Below are positions 23,701 to 35,600 of a stretch of DNA of 64,000 nucleotides, piece by piece. How positions within the stretch are numbered: position 1 is the stretch's first letter; the number at the start of each line of letters is the position of its first letter. The DNA lies in contig CM068754.1 of assembly GCA_035084275.1 (NCBI GenBank), forward strand, positions 15,004,001 through 15,068,000. The letters run 5' to 3'. Origin of the DNA: Hydrolagus colliei. Taxonomy: Eukaryota. Made by a program: the position numbers and the translations under genes. The notes beneath the pieces were generated by a model. The model searched no databases. It worked only from the letters and a program-made list of their open reading frames with translations, and was not told the DNA's origin.

Positions 23701-26085
23701 TTCACGTCAGGAGGACATCCCAAACAACAGATCTGTCTATATAAAGACATTAGCTAACATTTGGCAAAGCATTGTTCAGACCATACCTGGAACACTACGT
23801 TCAGTGTTGGTCACTGCAGCACAAAAATATATTAACATTGTGGGTATATTAACATTCTGGAAAGAGCGACGAGACTGATCCTGAATGTAACGAAAATTAG
23901 AGAAATGTGAACTTTTGCTGCCGTGAAAGAAGGTTGTTTGACATGTAAAACTAGACTGCGCTGTAGATGAGATCCCGTGGAGCCTACCTAATATACTTCT
24001 GATTGTCTTGTAAAGCAAATTACTGCATATATTATATCCCAAGGTAATAAATTGGATATTCTAAATACAAGCAGATGTAATGCTGGGAGAATTTAATGGA
24101 CCAAATGAGATCTGCTCCATGGCTTCTGACTACAAATACAGAAATGGAAACTTATTGAATGACTAAATTCAATAAGTAGGAGCGCTTGAGTATTCTTCCC
24201 TTTTGTATTTTTATTCTACAGATTATGTTAAAGGGGGCAACCTCCAATCAGAACCACCAGGTGAGTACCAGTTAACCACCTCTTTGCAAATGTAATGGGA
24301 CGTCTTCCCAACGTGAAAGGCGCTCTCTAAATTTTGTTTTTATTGTTGTTGTACTTATTTACTTGTATACTTCCACACTGGTTTATAGAGACTCATTTGG
24401 ACTAAAATTGAAGAAAAAAATGAATTTGAGCAAATCCGTCGTCTCAAGTGAAACGCACCTCTCTTTTTAAAAAAAATACTTGGCATCTAGACCAACTGGC
24501 TAAACGTAATATTGAATTGCCAATATCTCAATTCATTTTTGGTGTAGCTGAATGATTCATACTGTTTCATACTGCTTCCAGGAACTGTCTGAGAGCTGCT
24601 CATTCGGGTTGCGAAGACTCTCTTCATTCACAATGAAACCATCTCCAAAGCCTTCCTGATCACCTTCAACTTTTGGACTTTTCTTCACCTTCTTGCTTTT
24701 TTTTTTGAGTCTATTTCCATTTTTTTTCGCCCTCTCCATCTCCAATCATCAAATTTTGTGTGTGTTGATGTTGCACAGCAAGTAACTGACGTTACCTTGA
24801 TCAACCAGTTGCCTTTATTCTGTAAGCATTTACACTGCCTTCTCTGTCAGTCTCTAGTCATCACCCTATCCTCCTCCCATACACCATGCATGTCACATTA
24901 AGCTGTGTTAACTGGTCTTAGATTTAAATGATTTTACTATCAAGAGGTTTGTTTGACCGCCTTTCCATGGCATTTATCACGCAAGATGGCACTTCATTTC
25001 ATAGACGGCTTTTTCTTTCAAGTCCCTTTCCACCTCTCAGTCTTAAGTGATTGTGGCTGTTCAGCTCACAACCTTAAAGAGAAAATGTTTGGGTGGGACT
25101 GGAAGAAACCACATGCTTGAGAATAAATAAAACATGCCCATCGATCACAGAATTTCCCAGAAATGGATCTCCAAAGTCTTGAGAATAATAGTAATAGTAA
25201 TCCTTTCATTTGATATAGAGCCTTTTCATGTCTTCTAGACATCTCAAAGCGCTTCACAAATTATACTTTAAAGTGAATTGACTGTATATCTGTGGGCAAA
25301 TGTTCGGATTTATAGGTTTGTCAACAGGAAATCCACTTATGCCAAGAACAGATCTTGAGATCAGTTAAATGGACACATATTTACTCAAATAATAGCTACA
25401 GGTAGAATGTGTGCAATTTTCCAATAGGGAATATGTGTTTTGAAGAAAACATTTATGACAGAGAATAGAGAAGGGATTTCTGCACCAGTGACATAGGATG
25501 AAGCCAAGCACTAAACTAAAACACTTACACACATGTGGCTTGAAGCTTATTTTTGGCCTTGTTGAGGCCAAATCAACCTGATTTACTGACCACTTAATAT
25601 AGATCCAAAATAATCCTTATATATCTTTGTAGTATGTCATCTGATTTAAACAGGAAATGAATCTGATCCGATAAGCAGGCAGAATTTTTATTGGGGGCAA
25701 ATGTGTCAACAATTCCAGTGCGAGTGTACCAGAGCTTTACAGCGCTGTTCAGCCAGTCAGAGAAATTTCAATCGGGCTCCAATAAAGTATAATGGGTTAA
25801 GATTATGAAGTGGAAAGAAACGAACTGAGGAGTTTTAGGCTGAGATCCAGTTCTGTGTCCCGGATATGGTCCGGGCGGTGTCAGGAAATGATGGCTGTTT
25901 TCATTCTTGAAACGTAAACTGCTTCTTTCGTTCAATGTGGTGGCTGACTGGTTTAAAATGTTTCTTTTTCTTTGCCGCCACGCTCACTCACTCCGATGGT
26001 TTCGTTGATCCTTCCTGCAGCTGAAGGGAACCTCGTACAGACACAGTCAGCTCAGCCACCTGCAGACAGTGCCATTCAAGTCTAG
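9100..26085 (+). CDS. CD99L2: CD99 antigen-like 2, 5'-partial multi-exon gene: join(9100-9165,17421-17513,18411-18497,19365-19406,20859-20936,22066-22104,23049-23162,24222-24260,26021-26085)
   Basis: All internal exons are phase 1-1 with AG/GT ends. Product has CD99-family acidic motifs (DFDLDLSDAL, DFDLADAF, FSDDDLDDLV-GGGYQPDK), a TM segment and the tail DYVKGGNL...QTQSAQPP matching CD99L2. Convergent with MTMR1 as in human. Confidence 0.9.
9395..9520 (+). mobile_element. L2 3' terminal fragment
   Basis: gtgaagcgctctaagacgcc..ggagggcgctatataaatacaagttgtcgtc. Confidence 0.65.
11175..11328. mobile_element. Tc1/mariner (Tigger/pogo-type) MITE
   Basis: TIRs CAGTAAAAGCCCGTTTATCCGG and CCGGATAAATGGGCTTTTTACTG, TA on both sides; second copy at 32869. 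Confidence 0.88.
12545..12700 (+). mobile_element. SINE, truncated
   Basis: SINE body and tail. Confidence 0.8.
13205..13495 (+). mobile_element. Degraded L2 3' fragment
   Basis: SAHTLWNSIPESLR...LKTLLF and L2 tail gacatgaaaggtgctgtgtaaatg. Confidence 0.7.
13609..13885 (+). mobile_element. SINE from the B box onward
   Basis: gagacctgtgttcaattgcaggcagg...aatgcaaggactatta. Confidence 0.85.
14763..15165 (+). mobile_element. Old tRNA-head Deu-domain SINE (SacSINE1/AmnSINE superfamily)
   Basis: Degenerate A/B boxes, Deu core ccttcggatgacactttaaaccgaggtcttgtctgcctg..aggtggacgttgaagatcc..ggcactc, L2-type tail. Confidence 0.75.
16440..16632 (+). mobile_element. Degraded L2 3' fragment
   Basis: ctctggaactccctc..ctaaaaaacctacctcttt..cgtgaagggtgtggtataaa. 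Confidence 0.6.
17421..17513 (+). CDS. CD99L2: CD99L2 exon (DFSLWDLFPTTERPGRKTTKSPQTPKKPSP), Thr/Pro-rich
   Basis: tag|...A|gtaag, 93 nt, phase 1-1, resembles the WD-TTT-RP mucin-like exons of CD99L2. Confidence 0.85.
17575..17680 (+). mobile_element. SINE 3' fragment
   Basis: tacagtcaatccacttacagtg...aatgcaaggattatta. Confidence 0.75.
18411..18497 (+). CDS. CD99L2: CD99L2 exon (IGDDDFDLADAFPDDKNDKYDRGGKDGK)
   Basis: cag|...G|gtacg, 87 nt, DFDLADA motif. Confidence 0.88.
19365..19406 (+). CDS. CD99L2: CD99L2 probable small exon (EEPSVPGSKGEGNG)
   Basis: cag|...G|gtaac, 42 nt, phase 1-1, open; supported by composition and position only. Confidence 0.6.
20859..20936 (+). CDS. CD99L2: CD99L2 exon (GGSNFSDDDLDDLVNGGGYQPDKKKS)
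   Basis: tag|...G|gtgag, 78 nt; matches human GGFSDKDLEDIVGGGEYKPDK. Confidence 0.92.
21286..21465 (+). mobile_element. SINE, truncated
   Basis: SINE body and tail. Confidence 0.88.
21611..21882 (-). mobile_element. SINE, near full length, inverted relative to the 21286 copy
   Basis: Reverse complement including the B-box region. Confidence 0.88.
22066..22104 (+). CDS. CD99L2: CD99L2 exon (GGNTPADDSNSDQ)
   Basis: tag|...G|gtaag, 39 nt, phase 1-1. Confidence 0.8.
23049..23162 (+). CDS. CD99L2: CD99L2 transmembrane exon (EMPPATIAGITSGLAVAVLGAVTSFIAYQKKQLCFKLQ)
   Basis: cag|...G|gtagg, 114 nt; CD99-family TM plus YQKKxLCF motif. Confidence 0.95.
24222..24260 (+). CDS. CD99L2: CD99L2 cytoplasmic exon (DYVKGGNLQSEPP)
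   Basis: cag|...G|gtgag, 39 nt; DYVKG motif of CD99L2. Confidence 0.9.
25184..25298 (-). mobile_element. SINE 3' fragment
   Basis: Reverse-complement tail. Confidence 0.8.
26021..26085 (+). CDS. CD99L2: CD99L2 last coding exon (AEGNLVQTQSAQPPADSAIQV*)
   Basis: cag| acceptor, TAG at 26083-26085; TQSAxPP as in human. Confidence 0.88.
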
Positions 26086-26543
26086 CTCACAGTGCTGTAA
26101 AAGGCAGCTTTCGCCTTGCTTGTAACGCTGTTCTGCTTTACAAAAGAAAATGACGTTTACAGGGAATGTACGTTAAAAACTTAGTTAGCATTTTTATGTT
26201 ACAGAAGCCAAGCCACAATTTAATAGTTCAGTTTGTGTAGGTTTTACACTCAAAAGTGTGTCATAGAAGAAAGCTTTCGACGCCAGAAACTGCTGATTGA
26301 ATGGAGCATCAGTTTAGATTTTCCAGTGTGTGTAAAGAGTCGAAGGATACAGGTGGATCAATTTGAATTAAGGATGTGGCACCATTATGGTAACAGTCTA
26401 GGAGTGATGGGATTTTGTTGGATCTATCAGTGATGGTGGCAGGTTTGCATGTCGAATAAGACACTTTATATATGAATTCAAAATGGTAGTCACAATTTGA
26501 GTCTGCCGTTGCCAATTCTTTATCTTTGTTATCGTACAATGCA

Positions 26544-26549
26544 AATAAA
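26544..26549 (+). terminator. Candidate CD99L2 polyadenylation signal AATAAA
   Basis: AATAAA about 460 nt after the stop codon. Confidence 0.45.
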
Positions 26550-29500
26550 ATACGCATGATAACAAACAGCGATTGCAGCACCAACTCTTTTGCCCCATCT
26601 CAGAGAACAAGGGCAATATTCAAACTGATTTGTTGCAGAAACATATTCTGGCTTGCTAAGAAGGAATTGACAACCTCAATAGGTCCAAAGCCCCTTTGAC
26701 ACCTATTCAAATGTTCCAACTGTAAAACTCAATCTGCCATCATCAGGTCAAGGTAAAGCTTTAACGAAAGTTTGAAAAAAGAGGGTGTAAACGCAGAAAT
26801 TTAGTTAGGGTGCTTCATCGCAGCCTGATAACTTCCACAAATAACTACTGGCTGACGAACGCACGAAAACCTCTTCACACAGGATGAGTACCTCTTGAGG
26901 AACCTGTGCTGAAATGCAGCTTCCTTGCAGCATTTTAATCATTCAGTGTTTTACACCACACAAAAAAAAACGTTCAGAGTTTAGGTTTCCTGTGGTTCCG
27001 TACTTTCTACTTGCCTTAATAACCTAACGTATTTTCATGTCCTAAAGGACATAAACCATTAAACTTTAAGCAAAATAATGATACACTACTTGAATCTTAA
27101 AATTATGGTGATACTATAATTTCTTTCACAAAACTTACCCACAAAACCGAACCTTATAATTTCAAAATAACTGAAAATTGGTCATACTATAATTTTATTT
27201 TTAAGAAACATGGGGTCGTTCCTCATATAAATTCATATAGCCACAGCCTCTCGTTAATTGGGTCATGTAGTTTTACAGCTAAAAACTAAAATGATTCTGC
27301 TTTCCAAATACAGCATTTGCTGTTAGATATTGCAGATTGCACATTTGGGTAAAGGAGCGGTGTGTGTTTTGGGTTAGAGATTGCACTCAATACAATATAC
27401 CAAGATGCTTGCTGCTTGTGGCTCCATAACAGTTAGGAGCCAGCGTCAGTCTTGTCAGCACAAATTCTTTAAACGCTCCAGGCAATCTCAAACAATTCAA
27501 ATATTGTAGAGTTAAACTGCAGCCCTCCCTCCTCCTTCTTCCTGATTAAAGCCCTTTGAGCTAATGTTTGCAAGATGCCAGCTGGTGACTGCCACCACCC
27601 CATGCTGCCCACTCCATTCCATGCCCACACCACAAAGCTGGGTATCATAGAAACACAGGCATTTTCTACACAGAAGGATACCGTGCCAGAACAAGAACAA
27701 AAGAATTGAAGAGCGGAAGAAATCTTATGACCCAGCTCAGTAGGAACCACTGCACGCACGCACACAACACATTTCATGTCTTTAAAAATAATTTACTATT
27801 TTCTTTAAACTACGTTTAGGGAGTTGTAGCTGGATACAAGTCTGAGCCTTTCAAAAAGCATTTAAAAAACCAGTGACTTATCACAAACGGCACTAGCACT
27901 ACACAGTATTTTCCTTTTAGCAACTATCTACAACAGCGCATGAATAATACATACCTCTCTATCTGCAGCAATGAAGTACAATTCATGACCAAGTACCACA
28001 GCAATAGTAATAAGATGCAATACATAATCAGTAACGTCCCATAAATTTAGTCACTTATTAATTAGGTTAAATTAGTTTAATCTTTTAACTTTATTGCTCC
28101 AATGCTACGGCTGTCAGGTGGCAGACACCCTGTGAGCCAGATCTTGTGCTTTGTTGGCAACCCACACAAAGCGCGCTTAATAAGTGAACATCACAATATG
28201 GCCACAGTGCAGGGAGAAACTGCCAGCTCACAGGGAATGCTGTGGGTGAACACTCACAAAGAATTCTCAGTTTTAATGAGCATTCTCTTTATATAATTGT
28301 GTTATGTCGCAGGTGCCAAAACAGATTGTATTTGAAAGAGCAGTGGCGTCCATACACCGCATTACAAGCAATTTCTAATAAGTCAACAGTTCAGCTTCTT
28401 GATAGATAAATAAATATCACAACCAGAGAACAAAAGTTTTGAAGGCAACCTAATCTCAGTAGAGAGGGCATTTTAATGAAAATATTCACTCATACCTGTT
28501 TAATTACTGTGATATTTCTCCCTTCTTCCTCCTCATTATGTCCAGTGGGATAATGGAAATGGCTATAAATATACAATCAATAGATGTGCGAGGGGGAACT
28601 GGAAGTAATGTCTCAGTACGGTGTATCAAGTGTCTGTCTGTGTCCGTCCGTCCCCGTCCATCACACCAACAGCAAATGCCAGTGTGCGTGAAGGGATTTG
28701 TTCTGTTTATTTACACAAATCTGCCCATGGAGTAGTACAACGTCCTAAGACCTGATAAAATTGCAAAAAGAGTAGTTGTTTCTGGTAAATTACTGCACAT
28801 GTACAGTGCAATTCTTCACGTGTGGGAAATGGTTGAGAAATCTGAATTAAAGAGAAGGCAAAATAATTTTACAGCCTTTCTACTTGCACTTTGAGGGTTT
28901 AATATAATTCTTTAATGTTATTTGAAGACTTTTTAAGGCTGTTGTGTAACATGCGGCCCAAGCACTCACTCTGCACAGGAAAGAGACTCGAAGATATATG
29001 CACACACACATACTGCAGCTGTTATAAAGGATCAATTAATAATTCACCAAAGGGATGGGGAACCAATCAAGTATTAACAAGATAAATAAAATATTGTAAC
29101 TATTAACCCACCAAAGTCTAGTGGGCATTTTGTATGTCAAAAATAGAAATGGTATTTGGGAAAGTTATTAAAATCTTACTGAATATTAATTATTTGGGAA
29201 ACTGCAAAACAAAAATCAGTATTCAAACGGTCAAAAAACTTTTACAGATTATATTCTCAGCCATGTAACTTGACTGCCCAATTATTTGGGCCACGTTTTC
29301 TGATATATTACCCCCAGTTAAATGTTATTTAATTTTGTTTTTAATTATCTTCTGAATAGTCTCGGTGAATTTTTCTCACTATTCTAGTTTGAACCCGAAG
29401 AAACATAAGGTAAGGTATACAGTACATGTAGTATTGAACAGATGTTAAGGGAATGAATAGAAGAGAACAGTTTTAGTGGTTAAGGGGACTGGTGCTAGCA

Positions 29501-32450
29501 AGGTCAACAGGGAACCCAAACTCCTGAAATTCACATCTCAAACATCTACTTGGATCTGTCTAAAATGCAAGTCATTTTCATCAGTTTTGGTCATGATTGG
29601 ATGAGTTGATAATACTAGGACAGTCAAATTTGTATTGGACTAGAAAACAAATGGCAAATGTCACCAGAAGTACAAATTACTCATGAAACTATCAGTCTCA
29701 TGTGGAATGCACACAACAAAATAACTCATAAAACACAGCTTGATGAAGTACCTTGTGTGTAAGAATGTGAGAATAAAATGTCACATGATTGTCTGATAAA
29801 TGTCTAGCTCACTCAACTACCTGAACATAAGAAAAACATTGTAAATTTAAAAATTGAAATCTGTGAATAAACATGTTTTGACTGTTTATTGAATCTTTGT
29901 CACAGGCTAATGCAACAGCAGTACAGACAAAAGCCCCCAAAAGAAAACCTGTATTATACCCATCCTTTCAGAGGTCAAAGTCACATAACAAATAACAGTC
30001 ACATAACAGCATGATTAGATTTTGGATGGTGTGAAATACTGAACACAGAAAGTGTTCTACAACCCCAGATGTAATATGACTTTCCCTCCCCCATATTATT
30101 TACTAAAATCATCACAATCTTTGACTTTGTACCTCAAATATTTAACAGTAGAATGTACCCAAGCATTCAATAAATATGACACTTGTATATAAAGGGGAAG
30201 TCTCTTTTCGTATCATTTTGTTTTCTATTTTATAGAAAAAGATATTTGGCTCAACAACTTTGCATTTGTTGAGAATGTAATTTATGCAACTATTTGTTGA
30301 GAACAAGTAACTTGTGTTTTGGTGAAGGAATTTGTGGAATATAAATCATTTAAAATAGAATGCATACTTCAAATGTGTTGCTGTGATGGATGTTACACCA
30401 CAAGCACCCAAAAGTTCAACATAAGCGCAATTTTAAATATTTGGACTTCAAAAATGTATTCCTGGTTTGTTTGTAACTTGTTACATAACCTGTAATATAT
30501 AAAGTGTTTTTTGTATGTACCATACAACCATTAACCGTTTGCAATAACACTGGCAGTGAGTTCACTAGTTTCTTTTGACACTAAAGGTAGGCTGAAAAGC
30601 AGGAGAGAAGGGTGAAAACACTTTACAAGCTCAGAATTGCTTACAGGATAAGCCTTAGTCACTGCAGCCTGAACTAGTCCAGTAACAATTTTAACAGAAT
30701 ATCAATACAAGGTTGGTTAAGCTTCAGGATTTCAGCTTGTGGTGAATTCAAATCATTGACTTTGAATGGTTGATATTTGTTTAGCTCACATTTGGAGCGA
30801 AGGAAACTTGCAGCACTGGAAACCAGAAGTACGGATTGACACTTGGCTTTGGACCATTCAAACCATACGTTCGGACACTTCTAAATACAAAGTAGATAGG
30901 TCCATAGACGTGACTATCGCTGTATTGATAAATTGAACAGTTGGCCCTTTTAGCGTGTGCTTACTAATATTCTCAAATCATTTCATCAGAAAGGGATGGG
31001 CAAGCTTTGGGTACCTGGTTATATCAACAATGACTACAGTATTTGGCCTCTGGTCAAAGGTTAACTCTTTGAGTACTGAAAGACTTTCTAAATATACACA
31101 TGTAAGACGTTTAGAAAAATAATGTATTACACTTTATATCTGTAAATTGCAAAATAATTGGTCAAATCTACACAGCAATAGTTTTTTTTAAAAAAAACAT
31201 TCATTATTCAAAATTCATTATTCAAACAAAATAGTGGTCAATAAACCTTTCACAGAAATTCTGAACTAGTTTTGCAAAGGGTTGGTGCTAAGGATCCTTG
31301 TTCATCCTCTAAAGAACTGAAAGGCCCTCCCTAGTTCCATGAAGCATGTTTTTTGTGTTCTATGATGTCTCCAAACATATTTTTTCTGAATTCAAACCCT
31401 GATTATTACACAAAAGAGTAAAGGGTCCATAACAATACTCTTCTGGTGTTGCAACAATTTAGAACAATTCTACAAATTGAATAAATTGGCTTTTTTTTGT
31501 TTTGACATTTAAATCCTTCCTCAGTACTCAAAGAGTTATACAGTGTAAAAAGCCCAGAAGTGAAAACTCCACTGAACAAGAATAATACAACCAGACTTGG
31601 AAGACACGATTTTTTAAAAAAAAAACAGTTTTCTACTTACGACAAATCAAATTCTCCCAGCAACATGTTAGTTTTACACTGCAGTTCATGTGTCTGGGAT
31701 TCATCTTCTTCAAATTTTGACAGCTAAATATCTCTTACACATATGAACTCACATCCACCCAAGCATTAAAAATATCTCTTCTTTTAGAAGCTTCCGTAAA
31801 ACATCTAAAACTAATTTTGCAATGGTGGGATTAATGGAGTAATAAATTTGCATGGAACAAGTACAGCCATGTAAATAAAGCCCATGAAAAAAAACAGGAT
31901 TCACCATAAGGACAGAAGCTAAAATATTATTAATATTAAAGATTTTCCTTTTTCTAAAAAAAACAATTTACTGGTGATGTGGTAGATGCCTGACTGATGA
32001 CATTGACCTACCCTACAATTCAACATTTAGATGTATGTCATGTATGTGGAAGAAATTCAGCAGTTCATGGCTGACGTGCAAAGCAGAGCCACCATCTGGT
32101 CCAGTCCAAAGCACACTGGATCTGTTCCTCCCTCCTGTGCCAGGCTTTTCTATCAGAGATATGTGCATCCTATCAGCCAATTCATGGAGTGTCAATGTCA
32201 CACACTGTGCAAATTTGTAACGTTCTCCTCAATCTCGTATTTGTACTGCACTGTGGATTTCCACATCGGATAGTGACGACAAAAACAGATGAGAATCCAC
32301 AAGCAGCATTCCGCTAAAACCAAAGTACAGAGAAGTATTGCACAAAAATTATCAAAAGGTAAACATATTTACAGCTCTCAAGTTCGTATGACAGTCTTGG
32401 CGGTTGTACCTGTGGTGAAATGGTATCAACAGACCACGGAAGGGGGAGAT

Positions 32451-32615
32451 TCATACAGTAGTTTGTACAGGAGCCACTGAATGGGCAGGTGAGGATGCAC
32501 TTTCAGAGGAAGATGAAAATGCCACGTTACTGATCTCACGCTGTAGCTCCTCCACTTTCTTCTGAAGTTCAATCCGGATGCTAAGCAAGTCCTTGCAATT
32601 TTGATGAATTGGCAC
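32451..32615 (-). CDS. MTMR1: MTMR1 last coding exon ([27 protein letters not shown]...VQTTV*)
   Basis: tag| acceptor, TGA ending at 32451; coiled coil and PDZ-binding motif. Confidence 0.93.
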   Translation of the reverse strand: MPIHQNCKDLLSIRIELQKKVEELQREISNVAFSSSSESASSPAHSVAPVQTTV

Positions 32616-35600
32616 CTATTTGGGAAAAAAAAACAATTGTTTTGAGAGTACATCTAATGCACTATCATAAATACCTCACCACAGTTTGGGTCCTTGATAA
32701 ATAAAATTGACCCATCATTTAAACATTATTCTTACTTGTTTATCAATAAGGTTCACTTATTTGGCAGGGGTATAAAAGGTTCACTGTGATTGTCATTCGA
32801 AGAAAAAATGGAAAATTTCAAATCTTTAATTGCAAAGGTCTAACACCAAAGTGCCTGAGAAAAATATACAGTAAAAGCGGGTTTATCCAGCACCCTTGCC
32901 AATGTCGGTTAAAACACCTGCCAGATATTCGGCTGAAAACGCCCCCCAAAAAAAATCAATGCATTTTTCCGGATAAATTCCAGTTAATCGAATGCGGATT
33001 TTTTTTGTGATGCCAGTTATACGGAAGTTATGGTTGATCGGGTGCCAGATAAACGGGCTTTTACTGTATTCCACATTTTGCAAATTCATTTCTCAAAGCT
33101 TTGAAATGTGATCAAATAGAGCTGGTTTAAGAGCATAAAGGGAGAGTTCATTGAATGTGCCTCCACTCTATAGGCTGACTTGTCGCTTGTGCCTTCACCA
33201 AAGGTTCATGAAAATGAAAATCAGTTCCTCACTTAAACTGATTGGGATTGCAGAGTAGAATGTATTTAAGAGTCAAGATCATATCAATACCACTCTCACG
33301 ACTCCAATTATTTACTGTACTTTCATCAAGCCAAAGGTGCTCATTATATCCACAACCAAACTGATAGATCACCACAACTTATTGAGTTCCATTACCAAAG
33401 GACTAAATTCAGAAATAATTCATTCAATCCATTTGGCTAAGCATATTAATAAGCACAAATCAGCAAAATTTTAATTACGTGTAAGATACATTCATGCTGC
33501 TTCAGGGAGGGGAATCTGTATTTTCCTTTAAGATAGTCAGCATGGTTCATTGAAAATGTACAAGTTTTTAAATTTATAATATTTAAAATGAGTGAGAAAG
33601 GATGTTGGAGTTGTTTGAATAGCCCGATGATTTGCAAATGCCTATACTTCTGTAATAAACTCTCAACATCCTCTAAAGTGTATCACTCTATTAGAAATCA
33701 ATCGAAACTCAGTGCTTGAGATCTCAAGCACCACTCAGTTGCTGTGACCGTTTTTCACACAGGTGGGGGTTGAACAGCAGCACAACGCTAGATTCCCTGT
33801 GTACTAGTGAAATTATTAGGGCATGCAAGGGCATCACAAGTCAACTCTCCAATTTACCCTCCTATTTGCAGCACACTGGATGGATCAGGTGATAATTGTG
33901 AGCTTACTGTATGGGAGATTGATTCTATAGCATCAGGTCTGTGGCACTACAGCTAAATATGCTGTGGTGCTTGTGGACTACTTTTCTTCATTACTATACA
34001 TCGATAAAATGCTACCGTTTTGAGGCATTCTGTAAATGAAATGCACTGAAGATTCTGACTCTCTGCAGCTGTTAAAACGCACCCCAAGTGTGTTTGAATT
34101 GCCTGCTTCCAGTGCACACGCACAAAGCACTGAACGATTCACAAACCAGCATTCAAATTACTCAGACACAAAAAACATGTACAGTGTATTTCCATGTACT
34201 TAATATAGTTTGATTCCCTATTTGCAGCAGAAGTGTTTTGTGGCATGCAACTATGGAAAAAAACAGAGATGAAATTAATCGAGTCTGGATGTCTTGGTAA
34301 TTAGCTTTTCACAAGCACACTGGCTCTGCTGCACCCTGCGATGCTGGCTCCAGAGGTACTTTAATAGTTGTACCAATTTTAGATTCAAAGGAGGTTCATT
34401 AAAATACTTTGAGGAGGAAAAATGCAAATAAACAGAATTTTTATTTATTTATTAGCATTAATTTTATTTATTTATACCCACAGCTGAAGTATTAGAAAAT
34501 TATAACACCTACAGCAAAAACGTGGAATGAATCAATGCTTCTTGTACTTGAAAACAAACATCATACTTCAATTGCTGAGGGAGGCATGCACAAAAATACT
34601 ATTTACACTGACTGATAACTTTTTATTTATGTTAAGGGAGGGTTCCACCTACATAAACCTGAATTGTTACCAAGAGTTGTCTCACACATACCATGTATTT
34701 GAATGACTAGAAAAAAGATGGTATAAAAATCTTATAAATATAAGCTTTGCAGCATAATCAACATTCAGCATCTCTTTAAATTAACTTGCTCCAGACAACA
34801 TGTCAAGCAGAATTTCATATTATGGCTCTCAGCATCACTGTGTTGTTGCCACACACACTAAAACTGCATATTAAACCATTATATAAAGAAACTGATTTAA
34901 TTGCCTTCATTCTTTAAGAGACAACCGAGATTCTTTCCACACAGCAAGTGAAAACCTAACAGGTAGAGTGATCCTAGCTTAACAAGCGCTGAAAAACTAG
35001 CCAGACTGCTCTCAATGGCAAGCTATGTTGTTTAATCTGGAAATATATTGCAACGGTCAGAGAAAATGTACATCAGATCTAGTGTAAAGAAGGCCAACCC
35101 TCCAATACTGTGGATTGGCCTATCTTCTATCCTCCTCCTGGATTGTCATGTGTTCACAGAATGAACGGCTTTCAAACCAGGTCTAAAGCAGGGTGGGGGG
35201 GGAACGGATGACCGAAAGCAGTTAATTATTTGATGTCCTTAGCATTCAAACATTTGATTTCACACAACTGTAATGTTCCTTCTTCAATAGACATGACAAA
35301 CAATGGCTAGGAATGGATTTTTTTATTTTATTTATTGTTATCCAAAACCTTACTTTGTTCTTACCTGAGGTTTCATCCTTGGGTTCCATCTCACATAATA
35401 ACTAACCCACAGTTCCAAGTGCCGTAAGCTGGCTACAGGGTAAAGCACATGATTTTCATAATTCACGTAAAATGGGTTGGTAAACTCCTCCATCTGGCTG
35501 TTTACGTAAGACCAGAGAGAGTTGGTTTTCTTCTGCACCTCCTAAGGCGATAATAATAGGAACAATATTACAACTGGTCAAATGCTTCACTCTCTGCCTA

